Shown here one piece after another: positions 57,279 through 64,000 of a stretch of 64,000 nucleotides of DNA (position 1 is its first letter; each line of letters starts with the position of its first letter). Under the pieces are notes generated by a model, which saw only the letters and a program-made list of their open reading frames with translations, was not told the DNA's origin and did no database searches. A program made the translations under genes and the position numbers. Source of the DNA: Sphagnum compactum (lineage: Eukaryota). The DNA lies in NCBI GenBank assembly GCA_965153455.1, contig OZ234493.1, positions 1,364,001 through 1,428,000 of the forward strand, in the 5' to 3' direction.

Positions 57279-60200
57279 CAGCTTCTTCATGTGGTGTCGT
57301 GTTTTTTAGGGTTTCCCCATCGGCAAGGAAGGGAGGAATACTGTTTCCTCAGTAGCAGTATGGATGGAAAAGATAGTAGCAGCACTCCCTACAGTGTAAA
57401 AGATATGTTTTGACAAGAGATATATACGAGTCAAAAATATAGCATGATAACTCTCATACAGTCATACCAAGTCCCTTTCAGATTCAAGAGAATAATAAGT
57501 CCCCCGTGCTGTCTACATTTCCCTAAGCCATACCCAACAAGTATATGGCAAGATGGGCAATTTCTAGGGTTGCACAATTACAGTGTAGTGAGCAAGATCT
57601 AGGTTAGATCTCATTCAAACTCTTGCTAATCTGTTTTCTCTTCAAAATTTTAGATTTTGCTGAGGAGGGTGCATAAATGTACTGTGGAAGTGATCCCCTT
57701 GTTTGCATGAAACTGGTTTGAGTCACTGTAATCTTTTAAGAACTTGCTCTCCCTCAGATAAGTTAGCTGAAGAAGGTGAGAGAATGTCATAAACAGGAGC
57801 TCTGATTTTACAAAACACAATTGAATCTGCACATTTGTTGGAATAGGGCCCTAATAATGCAGAAGAGCATTGAGACAGCCTTCGTATTCTATGACCTGAC
57901 TTGCACAGCAAACAGTTTATGTGTGCATGCTTTTTATTTTTGGTACCCAAATCTCAGATGTTAAAGGGAAACATTTAGGTGATAATTCTGCTCATATATT
58001 CTAGTCTTAATGCTATGCATAGAACTACTCAGTTGCCATTAGAGATGGTGTTCTTCCTCTTTCTTGCATAACGAAGCCAGATACTTTGAGGGTGGACACT
58101 GGTGGAGTTTGACTTGGTTAGTATTTAGTATAAGTTGGGACTCTGGTCTGAGCCCCTCTTTACTTCACAAGGATGACAGAAGGGATATGAAATACGGGGT
58201 CGTGTCAATTGTATGCTTGTCCTTTTAATTTGCCTGAGTCTGAGTGGTAAAGGTGACAACTCGCATGGTGCTTGCTTATGTGTCTTTATCCAGTGCTCAT
58301 TGCTGCTAGCAGTGTGAATTCTTGTTCAATTGTTTTACAGCTCTGTTGAATCTTAATAGGTAGGTACATGGAGCTGACGGAACCAGCTAAGTTAATCCTG
58401 TGGTTTATCTGGTGAAAGTAATCTTCAAGGTCATCTTTTCTAAGTGTATAATTGGGATTTCGACATGGACTGGGCTGCCATACTGCTGTCCTATCAACTG
58501 GAGAGAGTTGCAACAAGAAATGCAGTTCACCATCGGGGGATCAAGAAGTGTGTCTTGCACATCCACCATTTTCAATCTCCACCCTGGAGTTTCAGGCTAC
58601 AAAACATGTCCATGGCTGATTGAGGCTGTGAGCAACGTTGCAGTTTTTTGAAGGTAAGTAAGTGGGTTGTGTGTTCTTACCTGCCCAAGATATGTGCCTG
58701 CAAGAACATTGTTTTCTCTTTGATACCCAGGACCTTAGGGGTATTGATGTGTACCCTAATTGCCTTTTGTCAACCTCTCCAGGATTTGACACATGTTACA
58801 CTAAGATATCCATGCTGACAGCTGCTAATATTCTACAAATCTTTGTGCAAGCCCTGCAATATGTGTTTTGTAAAAAGCTATCGATTTGCATGTAGTTTGT
58901 GTAGAATTAGAGTTGGTACACATGGATACTCATCACACAATTAACTTGTCTGGCTGCAACAGATAAAAAGCTCAATGGCAATCAGCCATTGGAAGGGCAC
59001 AATAGTATACTTCCATCTGCAGAGCACAAGATGTCTTAAGGGCAAATACACAGGATGTCACTCGCCAGTTTTCTATTGGTGAAAAAGTTTTGCAACTAGT
59101 CTTCCAGCACAGGATTCATCAGGTTGAGAGTGATGGATGGTAACATTGCATGCAAAGCTCAATCTCATCCCTCCCAGGTTTTTATTTTGAGCTCATTTTT
59201 ACTGAATATATGGACATGGTGTAACATTCTTGCTACCATGAGGCACAGGTAAACAAACCCATATTTCTTAGCGTATGCAGCCCCTTTTGCCTGTAAATCT
59301 TGTACTAGGAAGGAAACAACCACATGGCCGAAATCCAGTGCTTGAAGCTGATCTCAGTACAAGTAGAGTTCGAGGAATGATTTCTCACTCCTTTCGCAGT
59401 GCTAGAGACAATTTTGGATACTAACCTGAAAGAGATCTTAGATCCTGAAAGAGATCTTAGACGCTAAAGCGGAGGTAGCAGTGCTCCAGACTAATGCAAC
59501 CTCTCACAGATGCATCTGACATGACATGCAAGTACCTTCAAGAAGTCAAGTTGTATTTTCAATGATGTTAGATTAAGTTCTTTAATATTGGGGACACAAC
59601 TTACATAACATGTTGTGCAATCTATAAATATGGCAATTTTGCAATCAGACTCTATTTCTAGCTCCCACATTTTAACATGCAAAGCAAATGAAAATACAAT
59701 GAGGAAATCAAAGCTCAACCTTGTGGATTTGGTCAGTTCTGAACAGCTCTAGAAACAAGGGTTGATGATCATATACGATTTGCACATCTTGGGTATCCTT
59801 GAACTTAGTGATTAGACTGGAAGTTACCATTAAGTGTAGCCTTCATGGAACCAATTTATTGATGAAAGACACTTATCAACCATCTTAATTACCAATATTT
59901 TATAATTTGTTTTACTCGTTGCAATTTGTCGATGTGCATGCCTATATAAATGTTGACAGCCATTAGATACATCAGTTTGCTACTACAATTAGCCTCATTT
60001 GTACCCCCCAAAAAAGATCAGTAACCAATGAACCACAAAGGAGTGGAGAGCTCATTACAATGCTTCTAGATGCAGATAAACTGTTTCAGCATGCACCGAT
60101 CATGGCAAAATGAAGAGGCCAACCTAGGTTTAAGTCTCCAGAGGTTGCTGATACATTCAACATGGATTTAGAGTGCATTCACATCGTTTTGCCATCAGGT

Positions 60201-60545
60201 GTAGTTTCAACCCAAGGAATCATACTAAACAACTTGCCTGCCCAATTCAAGCAAGCACCTCTTGACATTAGAGCATGTTTCAAAGTAAATAACCTGAGAC
60301 TACGCTGATGTCCCAGCAAATTTTTTTCCCCTCTTCTTCACATCCAAAGTGCCTCCAAACATGTTTCAGGAAACCTGCCCATTTCTATTCACAGATGTTA
60401 GCCTGAACATATCCAACTATTTCCACCTTCAAAAAGAGCACCTCAAAACTGCCCATGAGGATACCAGTTTTGCACTCCTGAAAGGGCACTGTCAACCTAA
60501 AAGTGAAAATTTGTGGAACACTTTGGAGGTGCAATCTCAACCTGA

Positions 60546-63500
60546 TCAAATCAAAGACTTCAACCTTTCTGAAATTAGACACCAACATTTGTGCAAAATT
60601 GTCCGTTCACTTAGACGCAGTGAGAGTGCGTGGAAGAGCTTGGGGTCCTGCTCACAGTTAATATTCTCAAGCTTTGCTCTCTCATAATCCACAGAGTCCT
60701 TCAAGGAAAAGTTTTTCCCTGATCCCATTTGCACAGACTTCGTCATGGATCCTTCCTCTTCCTGTGGATACAAGCTGTTCCTTTCAAGCAACAATGACAT
60801 TAAACATCTGCAAACTGGTATAGTGAGGAGCCAGCAGTCGAGTTCTCCCAAAACCTGAGCTGCTGGCTCTTTTGATGGATTCTTCTTCTGCTTTCTGTTT
60901 GTTGTTGACAACATCTCTGTTTCATGTTTGGTAAGCATTGAGCTTCTTGTCTGCCTCTTCCTTTTTCCGGGCTTAGCAGATATGTTGCCATTGTTATCTT
61001 CTACTAGCACCCTCTGGGAACAGAGTCCCTTGGACCACCCCAAAACTCTTGCAACTCTTCCCACAGCATTCAACTTGTTCTCATTCTCTGCTACAATATC
61101 ACGAGTTGCTTTTCCAACCAAATCATCCTCAAATAGAAGAATGGAGCAAGCTGGATCAGGGAGATGGATAATATAAAGGAGCATTAAAAGCTCTGCTTGT
61201 GGCCTTCCATCAGCTGTAATTTCAAAGTATTCAGAGCCCTCAGAGCTGCAGGGCTCACAGCCAGTCTTTCTCCAAATGTTTACACGCCTGCGGAAATGTC
61301 GCTGTGTGAAAGACTGACAGCAAATATCACTAACAGTTGCCAGCTCCACATTGACAATGTCAAAAGGGTTATTGGGTTCTGTGAAGCCGTAGCGATGTAA
61401 CAATGCTGAATTGCTAAGCATCCCATATGTGTTGAAAATCTGCAACCGTCCAATTGCACTCATGGTGAAGACAACATCTAAACTAAGTGAAAAACTATAT
61501 GTGAAAAAGGGTTCATACCTACATCACACAATAGAAAAAAGAGAATTGTAGAACTTGAACAGAGATGCAAGTTGCTTACCTCATGGCCTTTTGCAACATC
61601 CTTCACTAGAATCATTTCAAGAATGTCAGTGTTGCCCTCCCAATCAGAGGGTGATCCTGTAGAATTCTCCACACCATTCTGTGACGAAGAGACAGCTTCC
61701 TCACTCCCTTCATGATGACATCCATTGTTGTTGCTAGTCAGATCCAAATCTATAAGAGAAACTGGGAGCACAGTTTCTAAACGGTTCTCATTGGGAGTTC
61801 AGATTCTAGGTGATGGCAGCAAATGTTTCAAACAATGACAAAAAACTGTTTTCTTTCAACCAAATGATCTATAATTCTAGAAACTGATTCTAGGCAAACA
61901 TATGGATGTTAAGCCAAACACTTAAGATTCCTCTTGTACCATGAGCGGGCGAAATCTTGAAATTGCTCTCACCATTCAAGTGAAGATCTGCTTCTTTTCC
62001 ACGGAACTGACCAATGTCATGTTTGTTTCTTACAGGCGATGATGATAAGTCAGCCTCTTCTGAGTTGGAGTCATCAAATACAGAAGTAAAATGTACATCT
62101 TCAGCTGCAGTCTTGTGGTTGAACCTGGGAGAAGTCAAATGCAAGGGTCAGAAGATTCCTCCATCTTTAACACTAGACATTGTGAAGGATATGCCGATGT
62201 TGGCATGTCAATGTCTAATCCTGAACCTCAGCAATTGTTAAATTGTTTCACCAGCAACCTCTGACAGGAGACTGCTGAATGGGAGACAAAGGATGCATTC
62301 AGAGATGGCCACAATGGGCATCACAGCTACTGTACACATGACAGCCATCATCATCTTTGTATGTAATAACCATGTCAAAGTCTAATCCTCAACCTTGGCA
62401 TTATTAGATTGCTTCAACAGGACACCTAATGGCAGAGCTGCCAACATGAAATTACTGCAAGCAGACAAAACAATATGTTCTGAGATGGGCCACAATTGCA
62501 TCATGGCTACTGTGTGAATGGTTGTGCCTTCACAACTATGATGCCATGAAGTCCAACATGTGCATAAATGGCAGGCAAGGTATGATCAAGCAGCAGAGAC
62601 TCAGAACACATGATGTATTGGATTTTGTTCTATATGGTTTTCTGAACAGTGCATCTAAAAAGAATCTTTCACGCAGCTTGGTGATGATGTGATCTCCATC
62701 TCCACAAATACATTGAAAACATTTCCATCTTCAAAAGGCTTATCTACAAGAAAACAGAAGGAGAGGAATGCAGTTGGGGGGGGAAGGCGTACAAGTCAGC
62801 CAAAGGTACCATGCCAAACCCATGTATGTCATCAACTTGGAATGCACGTGAAGCAACCAACGTCTTTGCGGCAAGAAAATGTTCGAGTGTGAACCAGTTT
62901 TCCAGGAACTTCTCACCATAGAGGTCTTTCAGGATGCCATAACACTCACGCCAATCCTGCTGAATCAAACTTCTGTCTTCCTTGATTGCCTGGCTACAGA
63001 AATCCAACATGATGGCACAGCATTGGTTTGCCTCCTCCTAAAAAGTTGGATGTTCAAAACCTCTAATCCCTACCCTAGTATCTGCAGTTTCTCCAAACCC
63101 TAAAACTCAGCATGCTGAAAACAAGAGAAGAAGAAGGGATCCAGGTTTAGGGTTTGGCTCTTTGCCTTCGGATCTGACGTTAATATTCAATCCGAGGAAA
63201 AATCTGCAAAGCCTTTGAATAGTTTGCAAAACACACCTTGTGCAGTTCGGTGCCAGCCAGCAAGCTGTCTATCTCGATGAGGCTCCACACAATGGGGAGT
63301 GATTGCCGGAAAGGTAATAGTTGCAAGTATCCATACCATTTGGAAAACTGCTGCTTGCTGCGCTCATACATGACTGCAACTGCTAAACCCAAATCGCCGC
63401 CTAACTCAGCCTCATCAATCATGGCTGCTGCTTGGGAGGTCTTCACAGTCAGGCAAGCTTCCTTTGGAATGGTGGCTATGAGATCCCCTTCTTTGAGATC

Positions 63501-63850
63501 ATATAAAGCTTTCACTCCTATATCTGCTGCCACAGTCTTATCACCCTCATGGAAAGCAAGAGCATCACTGTACTCAATGCCATTCTCCCTCATCCAGCGA
63601 ATGAAGGCTCGTAGTTTCCTACAAAAGATGCCCAAAAACACACACACAAACACCCACCCACCATTTAAAAACAACAGCATCATCATCATCATCCCAGTCA
63701 CTACAGTCTCACAAGGAACAAAACAAAACAGGAAGCAAGCTCTTGCCAGTCAGGGAGAATGTGCGGACCGAGAAAAGAAAGAAGGAGAAATCCAAGTCTG
63801 GGGTGCAAGCAAGCAAGAGGAATGCCTGGTTCGCACCTGGATAATTCCAT
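60546..63850 (-). CDS. SET-domain lysine methyltransferase, Rubisco-LSMT/SETD6/Rkm-like (AT3G56570-like); exons 63850-63837, 63618-63237, 62989-62793, 62124-61940, 61749-61580, 61439-60546
   Basis: MELSRKLRAFIRWM, GDLIATIPKEACLT, LAVAVMYERS..SKWYGYLQLLP, LVASRAFQVD..GMVPLADLFNHKT and VAKGHEIFNTYGMLSNSALLHRYGF are present, with junctions in phase. Confidence 0.9.
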
Positions 63851-63955
63851 TACTGTTGTGCTTCCAGTGTCTTCGAAAACATGTAGAGAGTTCGTCCCAA
63901 ATTGTCTGCACACGGACACGGGGAGAGAGAGAGAGAGAGAACACCAAAGCTCGTA

Positions 63956-63992
63956 AAACCCTAAACCCTGAACTTAGGGTTTCTAGGGTTTT
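63956..63992. promoter_or_regulatory. Cluster of telo-boxes upstream of the SET gene
   Basis: aaaaccctaaaccctgaacttagggtttctagggtttt contains AAACCCTA and two TAGGGTTT within 40 bp, ~110 bp 5' of the ATG. Confidence 0.55.
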
Positions 63993-64000
63993 GTTGCCCA

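Noticed and set aside
57300..60500. Possible additional gene between the BTB and SET genes
   Set aside because: Only short ORFs and scattered splice-like sites occur (for example AAG|GTAAGT at 58654). Long UTRs of the convergent genes explain this better.

Overview
This is eukaryotic plant nuclear DNA with GT-AG introns and AT-rich, repeat-laden intergenic blocks. The gene style suggests a bryophyte, possibly Sphagnum-like (inference only). Eight protein-coding genes were reconstructed by hand from splice sites and translation: an ankyrin-PGG membrane protein (+), sulfoquinovosyltransferase SQD2 (-), a large C2H2 zinc-finger protein of the AT4G25610/AT5G52010 type (-), CTP:phosphocholine cytidylyltransferase (-), a SAP30/AFR-like HDAC-complex subunit (+), arginine methyltransferase PRMT10 (-), a compact KCTD-type BTB/POZ protein (+) and a Rubisco-LSMT/SETD6-like SET methyltransferase (-). 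Non-coding highlights are: a complete ~319-bp non-autonomous Helitron with a G-run-rich interior; a decayed DDE transposase with Sola2-like motifs; a ~240-bp repeat upstream of two different genes; a minisatellite with higher-order structure; a CCT 3' UTR that appears to carry up to four introns; and a 66-codon uORF plus P1BS sites upstream of SQD2. No rRNA, tRNA or CRISPR array was found. I could not establish a clearly new multi-gene system; the findings are hypotheses to test. Exon coordinates were read manually and may be off by a few bases.
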